This document shows positions 16,881 to 25,724 of a DNA stretch of 64,000 nt, in pieces. Both the position numbers and the translations under genes were made by a program. The notes below the pieces were generated by a model. The model had not been told where the DNA came from, searched no databases, and worked only from the letters and a program-made list of their open reading frames with translations. Positions within the stretch are counted from its first letter, which is position 1; every line of letters begins with the position of its first letter. Origin of the DNA: a virus; the IMG/VR virus record IMGVR_UViG_3300035661_000009, positions 96,016 through 160,015 of that record. One strand, written 5' to 3'.

Positions 16881-17204
16881 ATGAAAAAGATAATTAATAC
16901 AGACGGAAGTATCATTTTAGAAGGCTCTGTCGAAGAAATTCTGGAATATGAGCGTAATCAAGTAGGAATTAAATCATACAACGCCTATCCTCTATGCAGG
17001 CCAGAAAAATATCAGCTCGTGGGAAAGGCGCATTTAATGCCCAATGGGAATTTGCGTAAAGACTATGAGCCCAATATAGTTAAAGACTATAAGCCCAATA
17101 TGGTAACAACTATAGCGACGGGCGTACGTGACTATGCTGGCCCACAAGGGCTAGAAATGGATTCAAACGGCAATTTCTACTGGGCTGGTACAAATAAGGC
17201 TTAA
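16881..17204 (+). CDS. hypothetical protein
   Basis: 107 aa with internal KDYxPN duplication. Confidence 0.6.
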   Translation: MKKIINTDGSIILEGSVEEILEYERNQVGIKSYNAYPLCRPEKYQLVGKAHLMPNGNLRKDYEPNIVKDYKPNMVTTIATGVRDYAGPQGLEMDSNGNFYWAGTNKA

Positions 17205-17211
17205 TTGTTGT

Positions 17212-17745
17212 ATGAAAAATATTCTTTACGTATTCCCGGAAGCAGAGTTATGGGTAAAACCATATAAAGATCATGGATATAACATCTTAACTCAAAATAC
17301 AGTTAAACCATGGGATAATATTCACGGGCTATTGATGGTGCCCCCTTACGATTCCTTTAGTAACGCGGGCCATAAAGGCTGGAATCACAGAGATGAAGTA
17401 GGTATAACAACTACAGCAGTAAATGAGGCCCAAAAGGCATTTAATTTAGTTCAGCTATATAGTCCTATATTTTGGGCCGTAGCGGGTCCAGTTGGGCGTA
17501 TGCAAAGACTTCTAAGCATACCCGACCCAGTATTAAGGTTTAATCCAAACGATTATGGCGACGATTATAGGAGGCGTATCAATATATGGGGAGTTTTTAA
17601 TATCCCACCCAAAACCCCAAGAAGACTACCTACTCTAAACCAAGACGCAAAAGACATTTTGAGGATAGCTGGCCAAAGCAAGAAAATACCAAAAACGCTA
17701 ATCCCTCCTAAATTTGCTGAAGAATTTATGAAAGCAAACCCGTGA
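17212..17745 (+). CDS. DNA C5-cytosine methyltransferase-like protein, catalytic motifs degenerate
   Basis: HGLLMVPPYDSFSNAG, PIFWAVAGPVGRM, FNPNDYGD, PPKFAEEFMKANP resemble short phage C5-MTases but lack PC and EN. Confidence 0.6.
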   Translation: MKNILYVFPEAELWVKPYKDHGYNILTQNTVKPWDNIHGLLMVPPYDSFSNAGHKGWNHRDEVGITTTAVNEAQKAFNLVQLYSPIFWAVAGPVGRMQRLLSIPDPVLRFNPNDYGDDYRRRINIWGVFNIPPKTPRRLPTLNQDAKDILRIAGQSKKIPKTLIPPKFAEEFMKANP

Positions 17746-17999
17746 ATAAATCAGATTATAACGTAAATATGTATTTAAATGAAATATTAGGCGAATTTGC
17801 TGATGCTGCTGTCGATTTAGGCGGTGGCGTCAATGACGTTTTAAGAGCAAAACCAGAAGATTTAGCTAATGTAGCTATTATTTACACAAAGCTGGAAAAG
17901 AACTATAACTTCTTATTTGAAGAGTTGCTTAAGGCAATTCATCTAATATCTAAGGATTTTGAGCTAGACGAAGGATATAGTATAGATGACTCAATATGA
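17742..17999 (+). CDS. hypothetical protein
   Basis: 85 aa, GTGA-coupled. Confidence 0.6.
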   Translation: MNKSDYNVNMYLNEILGEFADAAVDLGGGVNDVLRAKPEDLANVAIIYTKLEKNYNFLFEELLKAIHLISKDFELDEGYSIDDSI

Positions 18000-18220
18000 T
18001 ACATATAGTTAGAAAACTTGAAATTAAGATAGGTGACGATCGTTGGTACGTCAAAGCCACAAGGGCGACGGTCCGAGGATCTATTTTAAATAGATTATAT
18101 ACGTCACGAACTGAGGGTTTGTATAGAACCTTAATCGTGAGTGATTGGTTTGATATTTTCCTTGGATTAAATAGAAATGTAATTAATGAAAGAAATCGAT
18201 CAATAGTATCAAGAATATAA
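17996..18220 (+). CDS. small hypothetical protein (MIH-start)
   Basis: 74 aa, ATGA-coupled. Confidence 0.5.
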   Translation: MIHIVRKLEIKIGDDRWYVKATRATVRGSILNRLYTSRTEGLYRTLIVSDWFDIFLGLNRNVINERNRSIVSRI

Positions 18221-18221
18221 T

Positions 18222-18788
18222 ATGAACCTAGACAATATAGAGACCCCGAAAGCAGTTTTAGATTTTATAGAGAAATACATAACCTCAACAAACCAATTAT
18301 TCAATCCAAGATCAGAGAATCCTAGGGAGCTGCTCCCCACGCCGGAAGATAAGATTCCATTAATTATTTTGAAAGATTCAGATCCCACTGCTGATATAAT
18401 TCTTGCGTTTAATACATATAGGGTTAAAACTGATGGGAAAGCTATAATCCTGTTACCAGCTAAAGTGGATGAAAAGCATTGGATTAGATATGTTCAGCCA
18501 TTTTCGCTTTTGCAGGATTGCTACCTCTATTTCCTAGGTAAAATGAAGATAAACGAGCCCGGCCAAAAACCTAAGAAAAGTAAGGACGGCTATGCTCTGC
18601 TCGTAGTGGGGCTTGACCTACTCGATACCGCCGTGCTAGGGTTAGCAGAGAGCGCCGGGATAGAGGCGGGAGCAGAAGTCAAGGCTAGGGCGGCCGACGA
18701 CGGCGTGGCGGCAGGAAAGACCAAAGTTAAGACCAAAGTTAAGAAAACGGATAAGTCAGATAAGTCAGACACCTTAAAGGCGGTATAA
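18222..18788 (+). CDS. phage Dam-like N6-adenine methyltransferase homologue, degenerate
   Basis: IETPKAVLD, AIILLPAKVDEKHW, YFLGKMKI resemble the phage Dam family; no NPPY/F motif. Confidence 0.5.
   Translation: MNLDNIETPKAVLDFIEKYITSTNQLFNPRSENPRELLPTPEDKIPLIILKDSDPTADIILAFNTYRVKTDGKAIILLPAKVDEKHWIRYVQPFSLLQDCYLYFLGKMKINEPGQKPKKSKDGYALLVVGLDLLDTAVLGLAESAGIEAGAEVKARAADDGVAAGKTKVKTKVKKTDKSDKSDTLKAV
18613..18642 (+). promoter_or_regulatory. early-type promoter embedded in a CDS
   Basis: TTGACC-N18-TAGGGT in a locally GC-rich patch. Confidence 0.6.
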
Positions 18789-19049
18789 ATGGATTCGGCT
18801 ACATTAAAGATATTAAGTGATATAGAAAATACGCAAAAACGTACAGCTTCTCCTTCGGAAGACATGGATGAAGATGAATATGAGCCTACTCTAGAAGACG
18901 AAGTAATTGATTTGCGTAGCGAGGTTGATTCGCTGAAGAAGTTGATATTTATCTTTATAAATAAGTATAATACGCATATACATAGGCCAGACAATAAAGT
19001 ATTGAGCAATAGTCTTATAAACACTAAAGAACAATTAAAGGCATTATAA
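18789..19049 (+). CDS. hypothetical protein
   Basis: 86 aa, abuts upstream stop. Confidence 0.6.
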   Translation: MDSATLKILSDIENTQKRTASPSEDMDEDEYEPTLEDEVIDLRSEVDSLKKLIFIFINKYNTHIHRPDNKVLSNSLINTKEQLKAL

Positions 19050-19051
19050 CT

Positions 19052-19618
19052 ATGTTAAAAAGCTCAGATTTCGGTACTGATTTGCAGTGTAAGTCTTGTA
19101 AACAGAGATTTACACTATATAAAAACTATAGTCACGACCATATTCTAACGCCAGCTTCCAAAAACGCTACATTCCTAGTTTGCCACTATGTTCATCCAAT
19201 GCCGATCTCGGTCGGGAGTGGCTGTGTTGATTGGTTGCGATGGTTTAGCGATGGCGAATTCTTTAATGGAATAACTATAAAAGACGCTCATTTGACACTT
19301 AGTGGCTATGCCGAACTACATCAACCACAAACTGCACAAACTGCACAAATTGCTTCTGCTCCAGCACCAATTCCACAGCCCGCGCAGGTACCTGCGCCGC
19401 GACCGATGATAGGCTTATCACAACAAATAAACACAATGAATCAAGTGACTAATAAATACGTTGGTAAAAAGATAGACCCTGTGCTAATGAAGGAACTAGA
19501 AGACGAGCTATTAAAGTATACTGAAAAAATGATTAATAAATGTGAGTGTGGTTCTGCTAAAATAGGTATTAAAAAGGGTCAAATCGGACATAGCTCTTGG
19601 TGTCCATGGGTTAAATAG
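19052..19618 (+). CDS. hypothetical protein with C-terminal CECG...HSSWCP metal-binding motif
   Basis: CKSC N-terminal and CECG/HxxxC C-terminal motifs. Confidence 0.65.
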   Translation: MLKSSDFGTDLQCKSCKQRFTLYKNYSHDHILTPASKNATFLVCHYVHPMPISVGSGCVDWLRWFSDGEFFNGITIKDAHLTLSGYAELHQPQTAQTAQIASAPAPIPQPAQVPAPRPMIGLSQQINTMNQVTNKYVGKKIDPVLMKELEDELLKYTEKMINKCECGSAKIGIKKGQIGHSSWCPWVK

Positions 19619-19621
19619 TTT

Positions 19622-20095
19622 ATGCGTATTCAAACGACAGACTATAATTGCGGGATTTTTGCTACATATAACGCATTAAGCGTCTTAGGTAGTCGTCCGT
19701 CGTTAAGGAAGTTAGGGAAGTTAACTAACACTACCGCTGAAACCGGAACTAATGAATTCGGGATTATGCAAGCGTTAATTGGCTATGGATACTATCCTAG
19801 GCAATTTCATATTAAAAGTAACATTGAAATGAAGAAGCATCTCAACACATATGAGAAGTTCATTTCAGAAAGCGGCGAATCTTTCCCTATACAATGGCCC
19901 ATTATAGCCTGCGTAGACAAGAATAAGCATTGGGTAGTTATAGCTGGATGTATTGAAGACCGATATCTCATACTAGATAGTAATAATACATTAGCTAATA
20001 AAGCTAAAAACGGTATTCATTCTCTTAATTTTAGTGGGCTGGCTGAACGATGGAAGTATAATGGTGTATTCTACGGTATTACAATAGAGCGTTAA
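19622..20095 (+). CDS. peptidase C39-like cysteine protease
   Basis: QTTDYNCG, HWVVI, ILDS catalytic motifs. Confidence 0.8.
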   Translation: MRIQTTDYNCGIFATYNALSVLGSRPSLRKLGKLTNTTAETGTNEFGIMQALIGYGYYPRQFHIKSNIEMKKHLNTYEKFISESGESFPIQWPIIACVDKNKHWVVIAGCIEDRYLILDSNNTLANKAKNGIHSLNFSGLAERWKYNGVFYGITIER

Positions 20096-20123
20096 GGCGT
20101 TAAGGCGTTAAGGATAGAAAACT

Positions 20124-20537
20124 ATGGGAATGTTCGACAACGTAACTCTTCATATGCTTGAAGAACCGATGGATGGCCAATATCAAACAAAAGACCTTTA
20201 CAATGGGCTTTATAATCTAGGCCTTTGTGAAAAAGGGCTGTTTTACATAAAAGAGGATGGAACTTGGCTTCCTTTGACATGCACTGTACCATATTTTACT
20301 ATAACTCGATGGATAGGAAATAGCTATATTACGCACTTACTTGGGCTGAAAGATGGGCAGATAACCTTCTTTATGGAAGATATTGGCAGTGAAAGGTCGT
20401 TAGCTTATCTTCAAGAAATGCAAAATGAAGACGCTTGGGCTGAAGATGGGGAAGTAACTACCAACTACCTTATAGAGCTTTATAATAAGCGCCCTTGGTA
20501 TAGTAAACTCGGTGACTGGATAAAAGGGAAGAAATAA
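20124..20537 (+). CDS. phage hypothetical protein (MGMFD...YQTKDL type)
   Basis: Recurrent phage N-terminal motif. Confidence 0.65.
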   Translation: MGMFDNVTLHMLEEPMDGQYQTKDLYNGLYNLGLCEKGLFYIKEDGTWLPLTCTVPYFTITRWIGNSYITHLLGLKDGQITFFMEDIGSERSLAYLQEMQNEDAWAEDGEVTTNYLIELYNKRPWYSKLGDWIKGKK

Positions 20538-20737
20538 TGGAATACGCAGTTGGCCACGTTTTAGGATTGACCGTAGGAATAGGCTTTTTTATACTTTTTT
20601 GCTAACATCCTCGAAGGAGGATGAATGATAGATTTCGCTGTTGGATACTTATTTGGAACAATAATCGGATTGATAATAATTTATATTCTACCTATGAGTA
20701 TAGATTTGTATCATAAAAACAAAAGAAAGAACAAGAA

Positions 20738-21073
20738 ATGAGTATAGTTCCAAATTGGAAGTTAGCGACCCAAATTATAATGGGCGTTTGCGGGGTGGCT
20801 TTAGTCGGTTGGGATATATTCGCTGATACAAATAAGACTACTGGAGATACTATATCGGAGATTATGTTCAATCTCTCCCGTTCGGCTCCTATATTGGTCG
20901 TTATTTGTGGCGTCGTTTGCGGTCATTTATTTACGTCGTTTGACACGCCCGGTACCCCTATCTCTTTGTTCGGGAGTATGGTACTGTGGTTACAGACAAG
21001 ACCCATATTCGCATTTATGGCTGGAATGGCTATTGGAAGTTGTTTTTGGTATCAGCAGGCTAACTTTAAATAA
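20738..21073 (+). CDS. membrane protein (about 3 TM segments)
   Basis: Hydrophobic segments; DTISE and GHLF motifs. Confidence 0.7.
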   Translation: MSIVPNWKLATQIIMGVCGVALVGWDIFADTNKTTGDTISEIMFNLSRSAPILVVICGVVCGHLFTSFDTPGTPISLFGSMVLWLQTRPIFAFMAGMAIGSCFWYQQANFK

Positions 21074-21081
21074 ATTGACCA

Positions 21082-21570
21082 ATGAAAAATCTAATTCTTG
21101 CTTTATCTTTAATGTCATGTTCTGGAAGTCGTGAAATCTGTAAGACAAAGTGTGGGGTCTCGTTTTATGGTCAAATAAAGACCCAAGACACTATAGGCGA
21201 CAATACCTGTGCAGAATTACAGCGTATTGAAGATCTAACCATGAGCGTTTATTCCGATATAGTAACTGATCCTCGTTTTAATGTTAAAAATATGTGCCAG
21301 TCTTTAAATGGGTATTCATTGTGGACTAATCCCGAAAGCCATTGGATTGATGGCTGGAATAGAGATATTGCTGGAATGACCGAATGCGACACTAAGATCA
21401 TAGAAATCAACAATTCTCCATTTAACCTATCTTCTATTCATCATGAATTTGCCCATGTAATTCAGAATTGTGAGGCTGTCTTGCCCATTACAGATGGCGA
21501 AGATATAGATCATGCTGACTGGACTAGAGACTTCATTAACAAAGGAATTGACCAACTCTATGGAGAGTAA
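21082..21570 (+). CDS. lipoprotein zinc metallopeptidase
   Basis: MKNLILALSLMSC lipobox; HEFAH (HExxH). Confidence 0.7.
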   Translation: MKNLILALSLMSCSGSREICKTKCGVSFYGQIKTQDTIGDNTCAELQRIEDLTMSVYSDIVTDPRFNVKNMCQSLNGYSLWTNPESHWIDGWNRDIAGMTECDTKIIEINNSPFNLSSIHHEFAHVIQNCEAVLPITDGEDIDHADWTRDFINKGIDQLYGE

Positions 21571-21838
21571 GCCATTTTGGGATGAAATTTACATGAAAAA
21601 TAAGCCGGTCATAGAAAATAAGCCGGACGACCTTAATTACACCGGATTCAAATCTCAATGTGGTATGTGCCCTAAAATAACTGGCTATGTCTTGGATGTA
21701 GAAGGGTGTCCCGGCATCCCATGCTGTAGTTTGGAATGCTATGATAAGTTCGATAAAGGTGATTTAAAGGATTCAAAAAAATCGAAGGATGAAATCCTTG
21801 TAACTCAAATTGTACCACCGATTACGGCGGCGACTTGA
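21560..21838 (+). CDS. small Cys-rich (TRASH-like) protein
   Basis: CGMC...CCSLEC; start placed at MESKPF. Confidence 0.55.
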   Translation: MESKPFWDEIYMKNKPVIENKPDDLNYTGFKSQCGMCPKITGYVLDVEGCPGIPCCSLECYDKFDKGDLKDSKKSKDEILVTQIVPPITAAT

Positions 21839-22245
21839 GTGACTTAATTACCGCTTATTGTGATGGCAGTAGTACGGGTAAAAGTAATAAACCTTGGGGT
21901 TGGGGGTTTGTGGTTGTTCACAATGATATTGTAATTGGCTATGGCTATGGCGGCGGGCCTTCTGGCACTAACAATATGGGAGAGTTATCCGGCGCTATTC
22001 AAGCCATGGAGTATTGCATTGAAGCTAAAATTAAAAAAATTCTGCTTATTTCGGACAGTATGTATTGCTTAGATCTACTAAATGGTGATAAAATCGCTTC
22101 CAAGAATAGAGAATTAGTAGAATGGATGCTCTACTTAAAAAGCCAAATTGATGTAAAGACGCGATGGGTAAAAGGACATAGCGGTGATAAGTTTAATGAA
22201 ATAGCAGATAGATTAGCTAAAAAGGGAAAACAAAAACATGTTTAG
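21835..22245 (+). CDS. rnhA: ribonuclease HI
   Basis: YCDGS, TNNMGEL, SDSMY, WVKGHSG, NEIADRLA. Confidence 0.93.
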   Translation: MSDLITAYCDGSSTGKSNKPWGWGFVVVHNDIVIGYGYGGGPSGTNNMGELSGAIQAMEYCIEAKIKKILLISDSMYCLDLLNGDKIASKNRELVEWMLYLKSQIDVKTRWVKGHSGDKFNEIADRLAKKGKQKHV

Positions 22246-22906
22246 AATTCACTTCAAAAAAGACAAAGCCTTAGGTTTTACAGACGATGCTGAAATGGCT
22301 ACAGAACAAGATGATTTTCTTTACGGCTTTCTACAAGCTCCTATTACACTAGATGAAGATGTAACCTTGCTAGACTTCCTTCGATTAGTTACTAAAAGCT
22401 CCTCAACCTCTGATTTATTGACCGATATCTTCTCAACTCCATTTAGGGCCATCTTAGCTGAAATGGAGCCGGGCGGGGAAATGATTAAAGACGAAATCCT
22501 CTCAATAGGCAAGAGGATAGAGGCGTTTGAGACAAATCACCAAAACAAGAATTGGATAGCAGAAACTACCGATATGTCTATTGTCAAAGACGGGCAGAAG
22601 TTTGCTTGTTGGGGTATGACAAATGCTGAGTTAGGTAGACTTAGGCTGGGTATTGAAGCTACTATAAACATAGCCATTTTAGATAAACAGTATAAAGACA
22701 AAGCTAATTTGGATGTAGACTTTGAACCTACATTCTATGAGTTCATGACAGTTATGGCAAATGAACTCGCTTTTGCTCCGTTAGACAAAGACAAAGAAGA
22801 CCTTACTAAAATGTTGCTAGAACGAGCAAATGATACAAAAGGCTCGGTTGAGTGGAAAGATACAAAATGGGCTAAAATAGTAGCTCAAGATATTGAGGAC
22901 ATGTAA
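22238..22906 (+). CDS. hypothetical protein
   Basis: 222 aa, coupled to neighbours. Confidence 0.75.
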   Translation: MFRIHFKKDKALGFTDDAEMATEQDDFLYGFLQAPITLDEDVTLLDFLRLVTKSSSTSDLLTDIFSTPFRAILAEMEPGGEMIKDEILSIGKRIEAFETNHQNKNWIAETTDMSIVKDGQKFACWGMTNAELGRLRLGIEATINIAILDKQYKDKANLDVDFEPTFYEFMTVMANELAFAPLDKDKEDLTKMLLERANDTKGSVEWKDTKWAKIVAQDIEDM

Positions 22907-23436
22907 TGAGAATAATTCTAGATATAGATGGCACGTTAGCTGACGCTACCCATAGGTTGCATTACATTGAACACGCTGAGTTAAAAGACCAAGATTGGAA
23001 AGGCTTCCTTAAGCCGGATGAAATCGCTAAAGATCTTCCTATTCCAGAAGCCCAAAGAGTGGTTAATGAGCTAAAAAATCTAGATTGCGGGCCCGAAATA
23101 CTCTTTTTAACTGGCAGAAACGAGTCATTAAGAGAGGTAACTACGAATTGGCTGTTATCATACTTCGTAGACACTCTTACTTCCGATAGACTGCTTATGC
23201 GCCCTGTAGATAATGCTGAGAAGCCGACGGTCTATAAGACTGGGCATTTAAAGAAGCTTGATCCTAAGGTTGGGGAGTGGTATTCTGTTCCTCCGACGCT
23301 TTGTTTTGACGACGACCCATATATGCAGACAGTCTATATGTCTTTTGGGTTTATACCCTTCTTGGCGCCGAGGTGTTGGGAAATAATGTTTAATGCAAAT
23401 GAAGATCTATTACCAGAGACTTATTGGAGAAAATAA
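22906..23436 (+). CDS. HAD phosphatase, polynucleotide kinase 3'-phosphatase-like
   Basis: DIDGTL, LTGR, LLMRP, K, FDDD. Confidence 0.85.
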   Translation: MRIILDIDGTLADATHRLHYIEHAELKDQDWKGFLKPDEIAKDLPIPEAQRVVNELKNLDCGPEILFLTGRNESLREVTTNWLLSYFVDTLTSDRLLMRPVDNAEKPTVYKTGHLKKLDPKVGEWYSVPPTLCFDDDPYMQTVYMSFGFIPFLAPRCWEIMFNANEDLLPETYWRK

Positions 23437-24893
23437 TGTCAATAAATGAAGACTACATACACTTAGAAAATGTAACAAAATGGAAAGAAAAAAATCCAAC
23501 GCTAAAAAAAGTAAATGACGTTTTACAAGCGCTTTTTTACCCCATCGTCAATATAAATAATATATTTATAGGCGGGGGGTTTATTATGAATGCTGTCGAT
23601 GAAAGCCACCCTTACACAGATATTGATGTTTATGTAAGAACTACTCCAAGTGTGAGTCTTAAAAATTCAATATTATTACAGTTAACTAAAAAGTGGGTAC
23701 ATGTAGCAGCCAATCCATATACAGGAGACCTAGATTACATTACCGCCAGACAAAATGGCGTTGTCACAAATAGCACGTCTAATAATGCAATAAGAGTTGC
23801 TGGGCCACCGAATTTTTACAACACGAATGTTTACAACACGAATGTTTACAACGCGAATGTTTACACCTTACCAATAACTCCGATAGAAATTACAGATATT
23901 AAAGTCAAGGCTAGAAACGCAAGTATTGCTGAATATGAAGATAGGCTTCATATTCAAGATATTATTGAATGCAATATAGATGAGCTTAAATTCCAACTAA
24001 TTGTAGTAGAAGAGTATGCAGATGCTTCATTTCAAAGACAAATTCTCCAATCGTTTGATTTTGATACCTGTAAGGTTGGAATTACAATGGATGGGTTCAA
24101 TCTTGCGTATAAAACAGATACATTAGAATTAATCTTAGAAAAAGAGCTTGTCTTAGCTGAAGATGTTGAAATAAACGAAAAAATCAAAAAGCGTATAGAG
24201 AAGTATGTAGCTAAGGGCTATAACCTAAGTTCTGGGATTCTAGCTAAGCTAGAGGCTTATAATAATACCCATAATATCCATAATACCCATAATACTAATA
24301 GCATGGCTGTAAATCAGATAGCTAATTTATTTAGAATTGGAGTGTCTACGATGAATGGCGATAGAAATACCATATCCATGGTAAATCCATGTGTTGAGAT
24401 AGAGATTCCCCCGCCAGCAGAACGCATTGCAATGTATAGCATACCAAATACGGAATTCATTGATAGATTAGATACTTTGTCTGACGAAATTCGTGCTAAT
24501 GCAGGTAGCATGATAAATAGCTCTAACTGGAGCTATATTGACTCATACACAGACATATCCCCAGCGGCTCGTCCGTTTGCTGAACAAGCTCCAGCAATTA
24601 ACGAACAAACTGAACGATCCCCTTGGAGAGCAATTCTTAATAATAGAGCGACACCTCAAGAGGTTTTTGAAGCCTATTCTAGCCCACCGATAGACAGGTT
24701 CTCCTCATTATGTGGATGCGAATGGTGTAATAATGGGCTGCCGCCGCCACCCGCAACGCCGTCGGGTAGGGTGGAAGACATTGGCGATGATAGCTATTTA
24801 GGGAATACGAGTAATAACTCCTTAAATAATTCTTTAAATGCTACTATGTCCAGAAGGGCCAGAAATAGATCGAGTTCAGATATAGACGAATAA
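23424..24893 (+). CDS. nucleotidyltransferase (tRNA-NTase/polyA polymerase head-like) with low-complexity C-terminal extension
   Basis: IGGGF...TDIDVY, SFDFDTCK, RIEKYVAKGY; start may be 23436. Confidence 0.7.
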   Translation: MEKIMSINEDYIHLENVTKWKEKNPTLKKVNDVLQALFYPIVNINNIFIGGGFIMNAVDESHPYTDIDVYVRTTPSVSLKNSILLQLTKKWVHVAANPYTGDLDYITARQNGVVTNSTSNNAIRVAGPPNFYNTNVYNTNVYNANVYTLPITPIEITDIKVKARNASIAEYEDRLHIQDIIECNIDELKFQLIVVEEYADASFQRQILQSFDFDTCKVGITMDGFNLAYKTDTLELILEKELVLAEDVEINEKIKKRIEKYVAKGYNLSSGILAKLEAYNNTHNIHNTHNTNSMAVNQIANLFRIGVSTMNGDRNTISMVNPCVEIEIPPPAERIAMYSIPNTEFIDRLDTLSDEIRANAGSMINSSNWSYIDSYTDISPAARPFAEQAPAINEQTERSPWRAILNNRATPQEVFEAYSSPPIDRFSSLCGCEWCNNGLPPPPATPSGRVEDIGDDSYLGNTSNNSLNNSLNATMSRRARNRSSSDIDE

Positions 24894-24903
24894 TTGGTGA
24901 TAT

Positions 24904-25410
24904 GTGAAGCGAACCTTAGTATTAAATAATAATTATGCCCCACTTGGAACAGTAAATTGGCAAAGAGCGGTTATATTACTGTTCCAAAACAAGGCTGAAT
25001 TAATAGAAACCTTTGAAGATGTGATTCATACCACAAATAGAACATATCCAATGCCAGCAGTAATTAAGGTTTCGACATATATTAAGGCTCGTTCCGTTGG
25101 GGTTAGATTTAATAAAGAAAACGTTTTCCTTAGAGATAAGGGTAAATGCCAGTATTGTCTTAAAAAACTAGTAAGTAAATTAGCTACATTTGACCACGTA
25201 ATACCCAAATCCAAAGGCGGAAAAACTCAGTGGAATAACATAGTAACAAGTTGTTATGACTGTAATCAGTTCAAAAGCAATAAGATGCCGGAAGAAGCTG
25301 GAATGAAGTTGTTAACCAAGCCTATTAAACCTACTCCATCGTCTATGAACATGACATTTAAAATGACTAATAGTAGCATACCCGAAAGCTGGAAAAAGTA
25401 TTTATGGTAA
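24904..25410 (+). CDS. HNH endonuclease
   Basis: LVLN, RDKGKCQYC, TFDHVIPKSKGG, WNNIVTSCYDCN. Confidence 0.9.
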   Translation: MKRTLVLNNNYAPLGTVNWQRAVILLFQNKAELIETFEDVIHTTNRTYPMPAVIKVSTYIKARSVGVRFNKENVFLRDKGKCQYCLKKLVSKLATFDHVIPKSKGGKTQWNNIVTSCYDCNQFKSNKMPEEAGMKLLTKPIKPTPSSMNMTFKMTNSSIPESWKKYLW

Positions 25411-25724
25411 TTAAAGCAGATATTGAATTAGACGAACAAGACTTTAAAGCGGCGAAAGAAATGATGGATGAGCTTATTAATGTAGACTATTTTGGTAAAA
25501 TAAGCTATGATTGCTTCGTATTGCTGGAAAAAGTGCTACAAACCATTCGTAAAGCTGAAGAGAACCAGAAGATTAAAGAAGGAATGAAGCGCAAGGCTGG
25601 TAGTTATGAATGGCAATCAGATAGATGTGTATGTGGACATACGGCGCACGATCATGCATTGATGGGAACTACCCTTTGTATACTTGAAGGCTGCCGATGT
25701 GAGTTATTTAAGGAGAAGAAATAA
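25404..25724 (+). CDS. hypothetical protein with C-terminal Zn finger
   Basis: CVCGH...H...C...CRC. Confidence 0.65.
   Translation: MVIKADIELDEQDFKAAKEMMDELINVDYFGKISYDCFVLLEKVLQTIRKAEENQKIKEGMKRKAGSYEWQSDRCVCGHTAHDHALMGTTLCILEGCRCELFKEKK

Noticed and set aside
24904-25410. HNH as a mobile homing endonuclease or intron
   Set aside because: Free-standing, with no interrupted gene or intron structure around it
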